Positions 35,105 through 45,632 of a DNA stretch of 46,543 nucleotides are shown here, piece after piece; position 1 is the stretch's first letter; each line of letters begins with the position of its first letter. The position numbers were made by a program, and so were the translations under genes. The stretch spans positions 1 to 46,543 of IMG/VR virus record IMGVR_UViG_3300044711_000162. One strand, given 5' to 3'. The stretch comes from a virus (lineage: Duplodnaviria > Caudoviricetes). The notes beneath the pieces were generated by a model that was not told the DNA's origin, did no database searches, and was given only the letters and a program-made list of their open reading frames with translations.

Positions 35105-37384
35105 ATGCGCGTCTGCCAGACCAAGACGAATTTCAACGGCGGCGAGCTGTCGCGGCGGCTGCACGCGCGCACCGACCTGAGCCTCTACGCGATCGGCTGC
35201 GCCGAGCTGCTGGGATGGGTGCCGCTGGTCGAAGGCGGGATCGAAGCGTGCCCGGGGCTGATCCATGTGGCGCAGGCTGCGGGCGCGTGCCGGCTGATCC
35301 CGTTCGAATTCAACGTGACGCAGGGCTATATCGTCGAACTGAGCGACGGCGTCGCCCGCTTCTACACCAACGACGCGCGGATCGAGGACGGCGACGGCGA
35401 TCCGATCGAAGTCGCGATGCCGTACGACGTCGCGGACCTGGCGGCGCTGGCCTGGGAGCAGAGCTTCGACGGGCTGTACCTGTTCCACCGCGGCTATCAG
35501 TCGCGCCAGCTGGTGCGCACCGGCGCCGACAGCTTCGAACTCGACACGCTGGAATTCGAGAACGGGCCGTTCGAGGCACGCAACAAGGACGAGACGATTC
35601 TGGTGACGGCCGATGCCGTCACCGGCTCGATCACGTTGACGGCGTCGCAGGGCGGTTCGCCCTATGCGCTGTTTGAGGCCGGCGACGTCGGCGGGCTGTT
35701 CCAGTTGGAGGCAGACGATTTCGGGACGATCCCGGCGTGGGAGCCGGGACTGACGGTCAACCTGGGCGACCTGCGCGTGTGGGGCGACCGCGTCTATCGC
35801 AACGTCGGGGGCAGCGGGCGCACGGGCACGCTGGCGCCGGTCCATGCCAAGGGCGTGGAGTGGGACGGCAGCGGCGTCGGCAGCGACGTCAACGACACGC
35901 CCGCCGGCGGCGTCCAGTGGGAGTTTCTGTGCGACCGGCTGGGCGTGGTGAAGATCACGGGCTTCACCGATTCGGACACGGTGACCGGCACGGTGCTGCG
36001 CCGGCTGCCGTTCACTGCCGCCTCGAGCACGTCCTACACGGTGCCCGAGGGCTATTACGATGGCGGTTGGGCGACATGGGAAGTTCCGCCGGACAGCGTC
36101 ACCTATAATTATGGCACCTGGCGCTGGCGGTTCGGCGCGTTCAGCGATCGGCGCGGGTGGCCGAGCAACGGCGTGATCTGGAACGAGCGGCTGGTGCTCG
36201 CCAAGGATTCGACGCTCTATGCCTCGACCGAAGGCGATCTGAACGACTTCTCGACCTATAACGAGCTCGGCGAACTGACCAACGACATGGCGCTGATCCG
36301 CACCGTCAAGGATGCGAACGGGATCCTGGGGTTGATCGCCGACGAAAAGCTGTTGATCCTGACCGCCGGCGGCATGTTCGCGATGGGCGCGGCGAACGCG
36401 GCGCAGGGCGTCGGCCCGCTCAATGCGCGCGTCGACCGGCAGAGCAACGAAGGCGCGGCGCGCGCGATGCCGGTCGAGATCGACGGGCGCTTCGTCTATA
36501 TCGGCAACAGTAGCGCGCGCGTGATCGAGGCCAGCTATGCCGCCGAGCGCAACCGGCAGGATCCCGTCGACCTGACGCGCTATGCGCGCCACATCGGCGC
36601 CAGCGGGTTCACCGCGCTGGCGGCGCAGAAGGATCCGAACCGGCTGATATGGGCGTGCCGCGGCGACGGATCGCTGGCGTGCGCGGTGTATAATCCGGAC
36701 GAACAGGCGCTGGGCTGGGCGCGCCGCGCGCTGGGCGGCGGGCTGCTGGCGCGGTCGATCGCCGGGATTGCCGATCCGACCGGACGATTCGGGCAGTTGT
36801 GGGTCGCGGCGCAATCGGGCGACGACTGGCACGTGTTGCGGCTGGACGGCTTTCGCGAGGAAAGCGACGACACGGTCCCGGCCATGGTCGACATGGCCGT
36901 GCAATATGCCGACGATCCGGCGACGCATTTCGGGCCGGTCGCGTTCTTCGCCAATCGAACGGTGCATGTGAACGCGGACGGCGCGGCGCGCGTCGTGGCG
37001 TGCGACGGCGACGGCGCGTTCGACCTGGAAGTGCCAGCGTCGATCGTGACCGCGGGCTTTCCGTTCGATTGCCGCTTCGCCTCGCTGCCGGCGGACAAGG
37101 GGCAGATGCCGCAGGATGCGATGGTCCGCATGTCACGCATCTCGATCGACATGCTCGAGGCGCAGGGGCTGTCGATCTCCGCGCAGGGCATGGAGGCCAT
37201 TCCGATGGAGCTGCTGACCGGCGCCAGCGTGACCGAGGCCGGCTTCGCACCGTTCACCGGCAAGGCGATCGTCGAGGATAGCGGCACCGACGATCGCTAT
37301 GGCGTGTTCACGATCGAACGCACCCTGCCGCTGCCGGCGACGGTGCGCGCGGCGCATGTCACCCTGGACCTTCGCGAGCGATGA
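35105..37384 (+). CDS. Tail tubular protein B (nozzle)
   Basis: TNFNGGELS N-terminus, GWPS..NERL; 759 aa. Confidence 0.88.
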   Translation: MRVCQTKTNFNGGELSRRLHARTDLSLYAIGCAELLGWVPLVEGGIEACPGLIHVAQAAGACRLIPFEFNVTQGYIVELSDGVARFYTNDARIEDGDGDPIEVAMPYDVADLAALAWEQSFDGLYLFHRGYQSRQLVRTGADSFELDTLEFENGPFEARNKDETILVTADAVTGSITLTASQGGSPYALFEAGDVGGLFQLEADDFGTIPAWEPGLTVNLGDLRVWGDRVYRNVGGSGRTGTLAPVHAKGVEWDGSGVGSDVNDTPAGGVQWEFLCDRLGVVKITGFTDSDTVTGTVLRRLPFTAASSTSYTVPEGYYDGGWATWEVPPDSVTYNYGTWRWRFGAFSDRRGWPSNGVIWNERLVLAKDSTLYASTEGDLNDFSTYNELGELTNDMALIRTVKDANGILGLIADEKLLILTAGGMFAMGAANAAQGVGPLNARVDRQSNEGAARAMPVEIDGRFVYIGNSSARVIEASYAAERNRQDPVDLTRYARHIGASGFTALAAQKDPNRLIWACRGDGSLACAVYNPDEQALGWARRALGGGLLARSIAGIADPTGRFGQLWVAAQSGDDWHVLRLDGFREESDDTVPAMVDMAVQYADDPATHFGPVAFFANRTVHVNADGAARVVACDGDGAFDLEVPASIVTAGFPFDCRFASLPADKGQMPQDAMVRMSRISIDMLEAQGLSISAQGMEAIPMELLTGASVTEAGFAPFTGKAIVEDSGTDDRYGVFTIERTLPLPATVRAAHVTLDLRER

Positions 37385-37833
37385 TCGCGGTCGAGCCCTT
37401 CGACGTCGCGCATTTGGCGAACATGACGGTGCAGCCGGCGCAGATCGAAGCGCGCATGTCGCCGCTGGAGCTGATGCAGCGCGGCATGGCGCTGTCGGCG
37501 ACGGGCGATTGCTTCACGGCGCGGCGCCGCGCGGACGGCAAGGTGCTGATGTGCGGCGGCGCGCTGACCTCACATCCCGGACTCGCAACCCTGTGGGCGG
37601 TGTTTGCGCTGGCGGCGATCGAGGACCGCCGCGCGATGACGGCGATCCGCCATCGTGTGCGGCATTTCCTGACGATGTTGCAGCATCGTCGCATCGATAC
37701 GCTGGTGCGCAGCGATCATCGCGCGGCGCACCGCTTTGCCCTCCGCCTGGGCTTCAAAGCGGAAGCGCGGCTGAACGACTATTTCGAGGATGGGAGCGAC
37801 GCGGTGGTCTATCGCTACAGGGGGCACGCATGA
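37381..37833 (+). CDS. GNAT-fold virion assembly protein (T7 gp13-like position)
   Basis: RFALRLGFKAE; synteny. Confidence 0.7.
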   Translation: MIAVEPFDVAHLANMTVQPAQIEARMSPLELMQRGMALSATGDCFTARRRADGKVLMCGGALTSHPGLATLWAVFALAAIEDRRAMTAIRHRVRHFLTMLQHRRIDTLVRSDHRAAHRFALRLGFKAEARLNDYFEDGSDAVVYRYRGHA

Positions 37834-38345
37834 GCGCCGCCGCGCCGATCGCGCTGGCGCTGATGGTGGCCGGGGGCATCAAGCAGGGTATCGATTCGAA
37901 CAACGAATATCGCGCCGCGGCGAGCGCCGACGACGAAAACGCGCGCCGCACGATCCTGAGCGGGGAGCAGGATGCGTGGCAGACGCGGCTGGATGAGCGC
38001 CGGCAGACCGGCGACATGCTGGCGAGCATGGGCGGGCAGGGCTATGCGCTGGGCAGCGGATCGGCCGGCGATGTGATCGGCGAGGCCGCCTATCAGCGCG
38101 AGCTGGAAATCCTGAACATTCGCACCAAGGCCGCCTATCAGGCGCAGGACCTGCAGGCGCAGGCCGCCGCGAAGCGCAAGGCGGGGCGAAGCGCGCTGTT
38201 CGGATCGCTGTTCGGCGCGGCGGCGACGGCGCTGAGCGGCGCGAGCCAGATCCACAATCAGAGCGCCTATGCGAAGCAGTCCGCAACCGAGCGCTCGACG
38301 GTGCTGGGCGGCGGCACGGTGCCGCGCATGCGAGTGCTGGGCTGA
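37830..38345 (+). CDS. Internal virion (ejection) protein, small
   Basis: ATG 37830; Ala/Gly-rich; GSAGDV; synteny. Confidence 0.75.
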   Translation: MSAAAPIALALMVAGGIKQGIDSNNEYRAAASADDENARRTILSGEQDAWQTRLDERRQTGDMLASMGGQGYALGSGSAGDVIGEAAYQRELEILNIRTKAAYQAQDLQAQAAAKRKAGRSALFGSLFGAAATALSGASQIHNQSAYAKQSATERSTVLGGGTVPRMRVLG

Positions 38346-40222
38346 TGGGCGATCCGTTCCGCAACCGCGTCGCGTCGAACGTCGCGCCGGTCTCGGCGCC
38401 GCTGCGCACGGGTTCGCCGATCGGGCAGGGACTCGAGCAGCTCGGCCGCGCCGGGTTTGAAGCAGCGCGCGACGACGCGCAGCTGCACGAGGCGCTGGCG
38501 CAGAGCAACGTGCGGATCGAGCTCGAGCAGCGCCGGCGCGACGTGTCGGCGAAAATCGCGACCGGCATGGGCGCCTGGGCGGACGTGCAGTCGGGCATCG
38601 AGACCGATCTCGACGCGCTCAAGTCGAAAACGCCGGTCGAGGAATATCAGGCCAAGGCCGAAGCGCTGATTACCGAGCGCACGCGAGGGTTCCTGTCGAC
38701 GCTCGGCGACAATCCGAACGATCCGGTTACGCAGGAACTGACCGAGCGGTTCGCGCCGCTGGTCGCGACGTTCAGTGCCTCGGCGCGCCGATCCGAGGGC
38801 AATTGGGCGGTCGCCGAGAAAGCGCGCGTGCAGAGCGCGGGCGTGGACAGACTGGGCGACGCGACCGCGAACCGGCTGATCGGCAAGCCGGCTGGGCAGG
38901 ATTTCGCCGCCGCGATCGGCGCGGTCGATCCGCTGATCGACGGCATGGACCTGACGCCGTCGCAGAAGCTGCAGGCGTCGGACCGGCTGAAGCAACGTTA
39001 TGCGCGCGCGTTCCTCGACGGGCTGTTGCAGCAGGGCAACCATGAGGGCGTGGCGACGCTGCTGGGATCGGGGAAGTTCGACGCCTGGCTCGATCCCGAG
39101 GCGAAGGTCAATTATCTGCAGCAGGCCGACAACGCCGCGGCGGTGGCCGCGCGCCAGGCCGATCTGGCGGCGAGTCACCAGCGCGACGCGGTGCGCGATT
39201 CGGTGAAGGGGCTGCAAGCCAAGATCGAAGCGGGCATCGTGCCCGCTCCGGCGGAACTGCGCGGCGCGATGGCGAGCGCGCGGGCGGCGGGCCTGAAGGG
39301 CAGCGAGCTGATCGATATCGGGCTGATGTCGGTGCGCGCCGACGTCAACCGCAGTTTCGGGCGGATGGTCGATCAGCCGGGCGGCGCCGACGCGCTGCGC
39401 ACCGCGCGCGACCAGTTGCGCGCGAAGGTGGCGGCCGGCACCGCCAGCGAGACCGAGCAGGTGATGGCGGCGCAGGTGGCGAAGCTGACCGACCTGGCCG
39501 ACGAAAAGGAAAATGCGAAGCTCAAAGCACTAGTGGATAAGGGGCCCGGCGGCCAGTTTCAGGCGCTGCAGGCGATCCCGGGAAGCGCGGCGGCGCGCGC
39601 CGAAAAGGCGGAGAAGCTGAAGCCGGGCCTTGGCTTCGTCGCGAACCTGTCGCCCTATGCGCAGCAGTTTGCGCTGGAAGGCAGCGAGACGCGCAAGGCG
39701 CGGCCGAAGGATTTCGGGACGCAGGACCAAGCACGCGGCGAACTCAACCGCATGCTGGGCGCCTATGCCGGCAGCCTGGGTGGGCAGTATGACGATCTGC
39801 TCAACACCAGTTGGGACATCATGGCGCAGCAGCTCGCGTCGCGCGGGCGTTCCGGGTTCGACGCCGAGGCGTTTCAGGCGAGCGTGCGGCTGGCGACCGG
39901 CGGCGGCAAGGTGCGCCCGGGCGAGAATGTGGTGCGCGGCGGGCTGCAGACGGTGCGCGGCAACCCGGTGCTGTTGCCGTCGTGGTCGACCGCGGGCGAT
40001 TTCGACGCGGCGATGTCGCGGCAGGACTTCGCGGGCGCGGTCTATGCCAATGGCAAGCCGGTCGACAAGGGCGACGTGCTCAAGAACTACCGCCCCGAGC
40101 CGGTGGGCGACCTGCCCGACGGCAGCGCGCGCTATGGCTTCGTCGACGCGGGCGGCGGGTTGCTGATGGGCAAGGATGGCCGGCCCTTCACGATGGCGCT
40201 GCCGCCCGAAGGCCGGCGCTGA
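38345..40222 (+). CDS. Internal virion (ejection) protein, 625 aa
   Basis: Helical, Ala-rich; synteny. Confidence 0.75.
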   Translation: MGDPFRNRVASNVAPVSAPLRTGSPIGQGLEQLGRAGFEAARDDAQLHEALAQSNVRIELEQRRRDVSAKIATGMGAWADVQSGIETDLDALKSKTPVEEYQAKAEALITERTRGFLSTLGDNPNDPVTQELTERFAPLVATFSASARRSEGNWAVAEKARVQSAGVDRLGDATANRLIGKPAGQDFAAAIGAVDPLIDGMDLTPSQKLQASDRLKQRYARAFLDGLLQQGNHEGVATLLGSGKFDAWLDPEAKVNYLQQADNAAAVAARQADLAASHQRDAVRDSVKGLQAKIEAGIVPAPAELRGAMASARAAGLKGSELIDIGLMSVRADVNRSFGRMVDQPGGADALRTARDQLRAKVAAGTASETEQVMAAQVAKLTDLADEKENAKLKALVDKGPGGQFQALQAIPGSAAARAEKAEKLKPGLGFVANLSPYAQQFALEGSETRKARPKDFGTQDQARGELNRMLGAYAGSLGGQYDDLLNTSWDIMAQQLASRGRSGFDAEAFQASVRLATGGGKVRPGENVVRGGLQTVRGNPVLLPSWSTAGDFDAAMSRQDFAGAVYANGKPVDKGDVLKNYRPEPVGDLPDGSARYGFVDAGGGLLMGKDGRPFTMALPPEGRR

Positions 40223-42942
40223 TGGGCAATCCGTTCGGCGGGATCGTGCTGTCGCGCATGCCCGACACGCCGCGCCAGGCCAGCGCGCGGATGGGGCCGG
40301 ACCCGACGTTCCTGCAGGGCGCCTGGGCGAACTATATGGCGTCGCAGAACGTCGACGAAGCGCGGGTGCAGGAGGCGCTGACCAACGGCTATGCACCGAT
40401 CGCCGACGAACTGCGGCACCGCGGCGTGCCGGGGGCGTACAGCAAGCGCGACCCGCGCGACGGCTGGGCGCTGAGCTACGATCCCGATGCGATCTGGAAC
40501 GGCGTTCGCGCGGCGCGCGCGCACGATCCGAAGGCGTTCGCGCAACTGCCGGCGACGCGCGAGGAATATGATGCCCGGCTGACCGCGCCGGTGCAGGCGG
40601 CGCTGGCGCAACAGGGCGATACGGCGTCGCGCGCGGGGGTAGTCGCGCGGCTGACGGGCGGGTTCGCGAGCGGCGCCAGCGAGCCGGAGAATTTGCTGGG
40701 CGCGGTGGGCGCGTCGGCGAGCGCCAGGTCGATCCTGCAGGCGGCGCTGCGCGATGCGGCGATCAATGCGCGGCTGACCGCGATGGATCAGCAGATTCAG
40801 ACGGCGCAGCGCGCGAAGGCGGGAAAACCGACCGACGTGGGCGAGGTCGCGGCGAGCGTGGCGGAATCCTATGCGTTCGGGTTCGCGCTGGGCGGTACCG
40901 TAAAAGGCGGGAGCAAGATCGTCGAGGCGCTGTGGGATCGGTTGCCGGCGGCGGCGCGGCGGCGCTGGGGCAGCCCGGACGCCGTGACCGAAGCCGATCT
41001 GCCCGACCTGGTCGAAATGGTGGGCGGCGACGGATTGACCGAGGCGCAGCGCGATGCGGTGACGGTGATGCGGCGCGAGCAGGAGATTGCCGCGGCGAAT
41101 CCGTTCGAGCCGAACGGCGCGGGCATCGCGGCGCATCGCGCGCGGCTGGGCGATGCGATCGACGCGATGCTCAATCCCGAGGCGCGCGCGACGGGACGCG
41201 CCGCGCTGCGCAGCTCGACCGCGCTGGGGAGCGGCACCGTGCCGAACGTGTCGGCGATCGAGCGAATCGAAACCGGCGGCGGCAGCGCGGCGACGCGGCA
41301 GGCAATGGTATCGCCCAAGGGCGCCGTGGGCGTGATGCAGGTGATGCCCGGCACCGGCCCCGAGGCGGCGAAGCTGGCGGGCCTGCCATGGGACGAGGCG
41401 CGGTTCCACAGCGACGCCGAATATAACCGCGCGCTGGGCCGTGCCTATTACGGCAAGCAGCTCGAGGATTTCGGCGACCCGGCGAAAGCGGCGGCGGCGT
41501 ACAACGCCGGGCCGGGCCGCGTGCGCGCGGCGATCGCCGCTGCGGAAAAGGCAGGCGACAGCTGGGAAGCGCATCTGCCGGCGGAAACGCGCGCCTATGT
41601 CGAGCAGTTCCGGCAACGCGCCGGCGTGGGCGATGCCGTCGACGGCAGCGACCTGGGCGAGGCCGCGCACCGCGAACGGCTGTTCGGCGAGATCGAGCAG
41701 CTGCAGGCGGAGCGTGCGCAGCTGCGGCACGACGCGGCGGCGGGCGACGCGCCGCTGGTCGATCCGGCGACGATCGACAGCGGCGGGGATTTGCGGCTTG
41801 CCGAGCCGCCGCCGATTGCCCCGGGTGAAGCTGCCGCAACCGCCCCCACGTCTGGAGAAGCCGCAGCCCCGCTCGTTTCCAGCGAGGGCCTGCCGGACAT
41901 CCCGCGCACTGTCGATCGGCTTGCGCAGGATGTCGAATGGGGCAAGGCGGTTGCTTCGTTGCGGCAAGGCGAGCCTGTCGCGAACAGCCCCGCGACCGGG
42001 GATGGGCCCGGCGCGATTGGGCCCGCAGCGCTGCTCAGCCCGATCTTCACTCCGCCGAAGGGCGCTCCCGGAATTCATGTGGAGATCGCGGCGGATCATT
42101 CCGATGCAATGGTCGTCTATCGCGACGAAACCGGCGCACCGCGCGCGGCGCTGCACGTACCGACGAACGCCGAGACGCTGCGCAATCATGGCGGGCTCAC
42201 AACCTATGTCGAGCCAGCATTGCGGCGGCAGGGGATCGCGACGCGGCTGTATGCCGCCGCGCGCGAGGCGGGCCTGCCTGTCGACGAACTCAGCGGCCGC
42301 GGCGACCTTACGCCCGAAGGTGCACAATTTGCGCGCGCCCAGCGGGCGGATCCTGCAGCGGGTAGCGACGAACCCGGGCGCCAATCCGGCGATGCGCGCC
42401 GAAGCGCAGCGGACCTTGCGGCTGGCCGGAGCGTCGACCTGGACGCATTCGACGCCGCCTGGGAAGATCCCGCCTATCTGGAATCGCTGGCGAAGCAATT
42501 CGACGACTGGGACAGCCCGGGCGCGAGCGCGCTTAGCGAAAGCCTGGAACACGACCTGGCGATGGAAGCCGATCGCGACGAAGGCCTGGCGCTGGTCGAG
42601 ATGTTGGCGGGCGAGAAGGCGCGCACCCGCTATCCCGGCGACACCACCGCAGCGGGGGCGCGCCAGCGCGACTATATCGCGGGCTATCGCAGCGAGATCT
42701 ACCGCGGCGATCCGCAGCGCAATGCGCCACCCGACACCCCCGAAGGCCGCGCCGGCGCCGAGGAAGCGCGCCAGCTGATCGACGCGCTGTCCGGCGAGCA
42801 TGGCGACGCGACCTATCGGCTGAGCCCCGAAGGCGACGAAGTGACCGCGCGGCAGTTGCTCGCCGAGCTCGACGCCGAATCCAACCACATCGAAGCGCTG
42901 CGCGCCTGTCTGGTGCCCGCCAAGCCGGAGCCTGTTTCATGA
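40222..42942 (+). CDS. Internal virion protein with lytic transglycosylase (SLT) and GNAT-like domains (906 aa)
   Basis: ATG 40222; IETGG..SPKGAVGVMQVMP..AAYNAGPG; YVEPALRRQGIATRLY. Confidence 0.85.
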   Translation: MGNPFGGIVLSRMPDTPRQASARMGPDPTFLQGAWANYMASQNVDEARVQEALTNGYAPIADELRHRGVPGAYSKRDPRDGWALSYDPDAIWNGVRAARAHDPKAFAQLPATREEYDARLTAPVQAALAQQGDTASRAGVVARLTGGFASGASEPENLLGAVGASASARSILQAALRDAAINARLTAMDQQIQTAQRAKAGKPTDVGEVAASVAESYAFGFALGGTVKGGSKIVEALWDRLPAAARRRWGSPDAVTEADLPDLVEMVGGDGLTEAQRDAVTVMRREQEIAAANPFEPNGAGIAAHRARLGDAIDAMLNPEARATGRAALRSSTALGSGTVPNVSAIERIETGGGSAATRQAMVSPKGAVGVMQVMPGTGPEAAKLAGLPWDEARFHSDAEYNRALGRAYYGKQLEDFGDPAKAAAAYNAGPGRVRAAIAAAEKAGDSWEAHLPAETRAYVEQFRQRAGVGDAVDGSDLGEAAHRERLFGEIEQLQAERAQLRHDAAAGDAPLVDPATIDSGGDLRLAEPPPIAPGEAAATAPTSGEAAAPLVSSEGLPDIPRTVDRLAQDVEWGKAVASLRQGEPVANSPATGDGPGAIGPAALLSPIFTPPKGAPGIHVEIAADHSDAMVVYRDETGAPRAALHVPTNAETLRNHGGLTTYVEPALRRQGIATRLYAAAREAGLPVDELSGRGDLTPEGAQFARAQRADPAAGSDEPGRQSGDARRSAADLAAGRSVDLDAFDAAWEDPAYLESLAKQFDDWDSPGASALSESLEHDLAMEADRDEGLALVEMLAGEKARTRYPGDTTAAGARQRDYIAGYRSEIYRGDPQRNAPPDTPEGRAGAEEARQLIDALSGEHGDATYRLSPEGDEVTARQLLAELDAESNHIEALRACLVPAKPEPVS

Positions 42943-45518
42943 GCATGGGGCGTTGCTTCGAGGACCTGCTCGCGGCCGGCGCGATCCCCGCCGCGCGCGT
43001 CGAGAGCATGCGGCAGGTCTATGACGAACTGCTGCAGCAGTACGAACCCAAGTTCGGGCGCGCCGCGGCGGAGAGCATGGCGAGCGAAAAGGCGATGGTG
43101 GCGATCGACCACGACTTTGCGCGGCGCAAGGCGAACGCGCTGCTGCAGGCCAAGGCACAGGCGACGATCGCCGACAACGCCACGCGGCTGTATCGCGGCA
43201 ACACCAGCGGCAAGCCGAGCGCGGACGGGTTGGTGGCGCATCTGGTCGACGATCAGCGCGCGCCGTTCGGCAATGTCGAATATCGCTGGAAGAACCTGCG
43301 CAACACCGCGCACCGCATGATGTATTCGATCCTGTGGAAGCATCGGTCGAACCTGATCGGCGAGGCGCGCAAGCTGTCCGACTTCGACGACGTCGTCGAC
43401 GCGCTCGACGGAATCGACCGTGGGGCGAACGCGCGCGAGATGGCCGACAGCTTCGGCCGCACCGCCGAATGGCTGCGCGGGATGTTCAACGCCGCCGGCG
43501 GCGATATCGGCAAGCTGGAAGGCTGGGCGCTGCCGCACAATTGGGATGGCGTGAAGGTGGGCCTGGCCGGGTTCGACAAGTGGCGCGGCGACATACTGGC
43601 GCAACTCGACCGCGCGAAAATGATCGACCGCAACACCGGCGAGCCGATGGCGGATTTCCGCCTCGAGGATGTTTTGCGCCAGGTCTATGAAACGCAGGTG
43701 AGCGAGGGCGCGGCCGGGCAGGAGGCGAGCAGCATCGCCGGCGGCAAGGCGTTCGCGAACCGCCGCGGCGAGGCGCGCGTGCTGCACTTCAAGCCGGGCG
43801 GGTGGAAGGCGGTCAACGACCTCTATGGTTCTGGCCACGCGCTCGACGCGATGCTGCACCATGTCGACAGCATGTCGCGCGATATCGCCGCGATGCAGAT
43901 CCTGGGGCCCAACCCGACGGCGACGATCCGGTGGATGCAGGATCTGATCGGCAAGACGGCGCTGACCGACAAGAGGCTGATCGCGCGGTTCGGGACGGTG
44001 AAGGGCCAGCGGCAGATCGAGCGGATCTGGGACGAAATCACCGGCATGAATCGCGTCGCGGCGCGGCCCAATGTCGCGCTGTTCTTCTCGACGCTGCGCA
44101 ACTGGCAGAGCGCGACCAAGCTGGGGAGCGCGGCGGTTTCGAGCGTGCCGGACGTGGCGACACAGGCATTGACCACAAGGTTCAACGGGCTGCCCGCGAC
44201 CAAGGCGATCGGCAACATGCTGGCCGAGTTCAACCCGCTCGATGGCAGCCACCGCGAATGGGCGGCGCGCGCGTTTCTGATTCAGGACGAGATGATCGGG
44301 CGCAGCGCCGGATTCGGGCGGCAGCATTTCGAAGGGGAGATGGGCGGATCGCTGACCGCGCCGACGATCGAGGCACTGCGCGACGGACGCATCGGCAAGG
44401 CCGACTATGCCGCGCTGCAGCTGCGCGAGAAGCTGCAGGCGGCGAACGAGTTCAGCCGGCGCGCGAGCAACTTCACGATGCGCGCGGGGCTGCTCAACCA
44501 GTGGACGATGCGGATGCGCGGCGGAACCTATATGGAGTTCTGGAACGCGATCACGAGCTATGCGCCGCAGGAATGGGGCCAGCTGAACGGGCGGTTTCGC
44601 GGCTTCCTCGAACGCTATGGCATCCGCGCGGACGGGTGGGACGCCCTCCGATCGACGCCGCGGGTCGAGCATGGCGGAAGCCAGTGGATCACGCCCGACG
44701 CGATCGCCGACGTGGATCTGCGCAACCGGATTCAGGAAGGGATCATGACCGAGCTGGACTATGCCGTCGCGACCGGCGGCATCCGCCAGCGCGCCGCGAT
44801 GACGGTGGGGCGGCCGGGCGAGTTGACGCACGAGCTGGTGCGATCGGGTGGGCAGTTTCTGTTGTTTCCGATCACGGTGACCTGGCGGCACGCGTCGCGC
44901 GCCTGGGCGATGGAGGGCGTGCGCAACAAGGCGCTGTACGGCGGCGCGTTCCTGATCGCCACGACGCTGATGGGCGCGCTTGCCGAGCAGCTCACGCAGC
45001 TGCGCGACGGCAAGGATCCGCGGCCGATGGGCAATCTGGCGTTCGTGCGCAAGGCGATCAGCCGCGGCGGCGCGCTGGGCTATTATGGCGAGATCCTGGA
45101 TCATGTGACCGCCGAGAACGGCAACACGCTCGACAGCGTCGGCAATGTGCCGGTGGTCGGCAGCCTTTCGAACATCAGCGACCTGCTGGTGCGCCAGCCC
45201 TATCTGGCGGCGACCGGCGCGGCCAACAAGGATGGCACGCCCAAGGCCAACTTCCTGCGCGCCGCGACGCGGGTGGCGCGCTACGAACTGCCCGGCAGCA
45301 ACCTGTGGTACACGAAGCTGGCGTACCAGCGGCTGCTGCTCGACCAGCTCGACGCGATGGCGGACCGGCACCCCGGCGAGGCGCAACGCCGGCTCGAGCG
45401 CCGCGCGCGCGACGAAGGCACGAAATATTGGGCGCCCCCGGGCAGCGGGCCGGCGGACTGGCGCGCGCCGGACTTCGCCAATGCGATGCGCGACAGTTCG
45501 GAAGCGCAGCAGCAATAG
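42939..45518 (+). CDS. Large internal virion (ejection) protein, 859 aa
   Basis: Synteny; hydrophobic segments near the C-terminus; LPGSNLWY. Confidence 0.8.
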   Translation: MSMGRCFEDLLAAGAIPAARVESMRQVYDELLQQYEPKFGRAAAESMASEKAMVAIDHDFARRKANALLQAKAQATIADNATRLYRGNTSGKPSADGLVAHLVDDQRAPFGNVEYRWKNLRNTAHRMMYSILWKHRSNLIGEARKLSDFDDVVDALDGIDRGANAREMADSFGRTAEWLRGMFNAAGGDIGKLEGWALPHNWDGVKVGLAGFDKWRGDILAQLDRAKMIDRNTGEPMADFRLEDVLRQVYETQVSEGAAGQEASSIAGGKAFANRRGEARVLHFKPGGWKAVNDLYGSGHALDAMLHHVDSMSRDIAAMQILGPNPTATIRWMQDLIGKTALTDKRLIARFGTVKGQRQIERIWDEITGMNRVAARPNVALFFSTLRNWQSATKLGSAAVSSVPDVATQALTTRFNGLPATKAIGNMLAEFNPLDGSHREWAARAFLIQDEMIGRSAGFGRQHFEGEMGGSLTAPTIEALRDGRIGKADYAALQLREKLQAANEFSRRASNFTMRAGLLNQWTMRMRGGTYMEFWNAITSYAPQEWGQLNGRFRGFLERYGIRADGWDALRSTPRVEHGGSQWITPDAIADVDLRNRIQEGIMTELDYAVATGGIRQRAAMTVGRPGELTHELVRSGGQFLLFPITVTWRHASRAWAMEGVRNKALYGGAFLIATTLMGALAEQLTQLRDGKDPRPMGNLAFVRKAISRGGALGYYGEILDHVTAENGNTLDSVGNVPVVGSLSNISDLLVRQPYLAATGAANKDGTPKANFLRAATRVARYELPGSNLWYTKLAYQRLLLDQLDAMADRHPGEAQRRLERRARDEGTKYWAPPGSGPADWRAPDFANAMRDSSEAQQQ

Positions 45519-45520
45519 GC

Positions 45521-45548
45521 TTGCAGAACAGCCAATATGGGATTATTG
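45521..45548 (+). promoter_or_regulatory. Tailspike/lysis promoter region with operator-like box
   Basis: TTGCAG followed by GCCAATATGGGA (45531-45542). Confidence 0.7.
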
Positions 45549-45632
45549 ATCCGCTAAACGCCGGACCGTTCCCCTCACTCCGCCCGGCGCCAGCGCAGCC
45601 GTATTGGCTGCTTTGCGCGCGCGGGGTATCGG

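Noticed and set aside
39530-39540. CTAGTGGATAA match to the 21692 inverted-repeat arm inside an internal virion gene
   Set aside because: A single 11-nt match within coding sequence; cannot be distinguished from chance
39811-40221. N-terminal extension of the 1043-aa ORF
   Set aside because: It overlaps the 38345-40222 gene; the true start is ATG 40222 (TGATG)
34286-45515. Very long antisense ORFs (893, 918 and 900 aa) and 8506-9969(+)
   Set aside because: Shadow frames of GC-rich genes with no recognisable motifs
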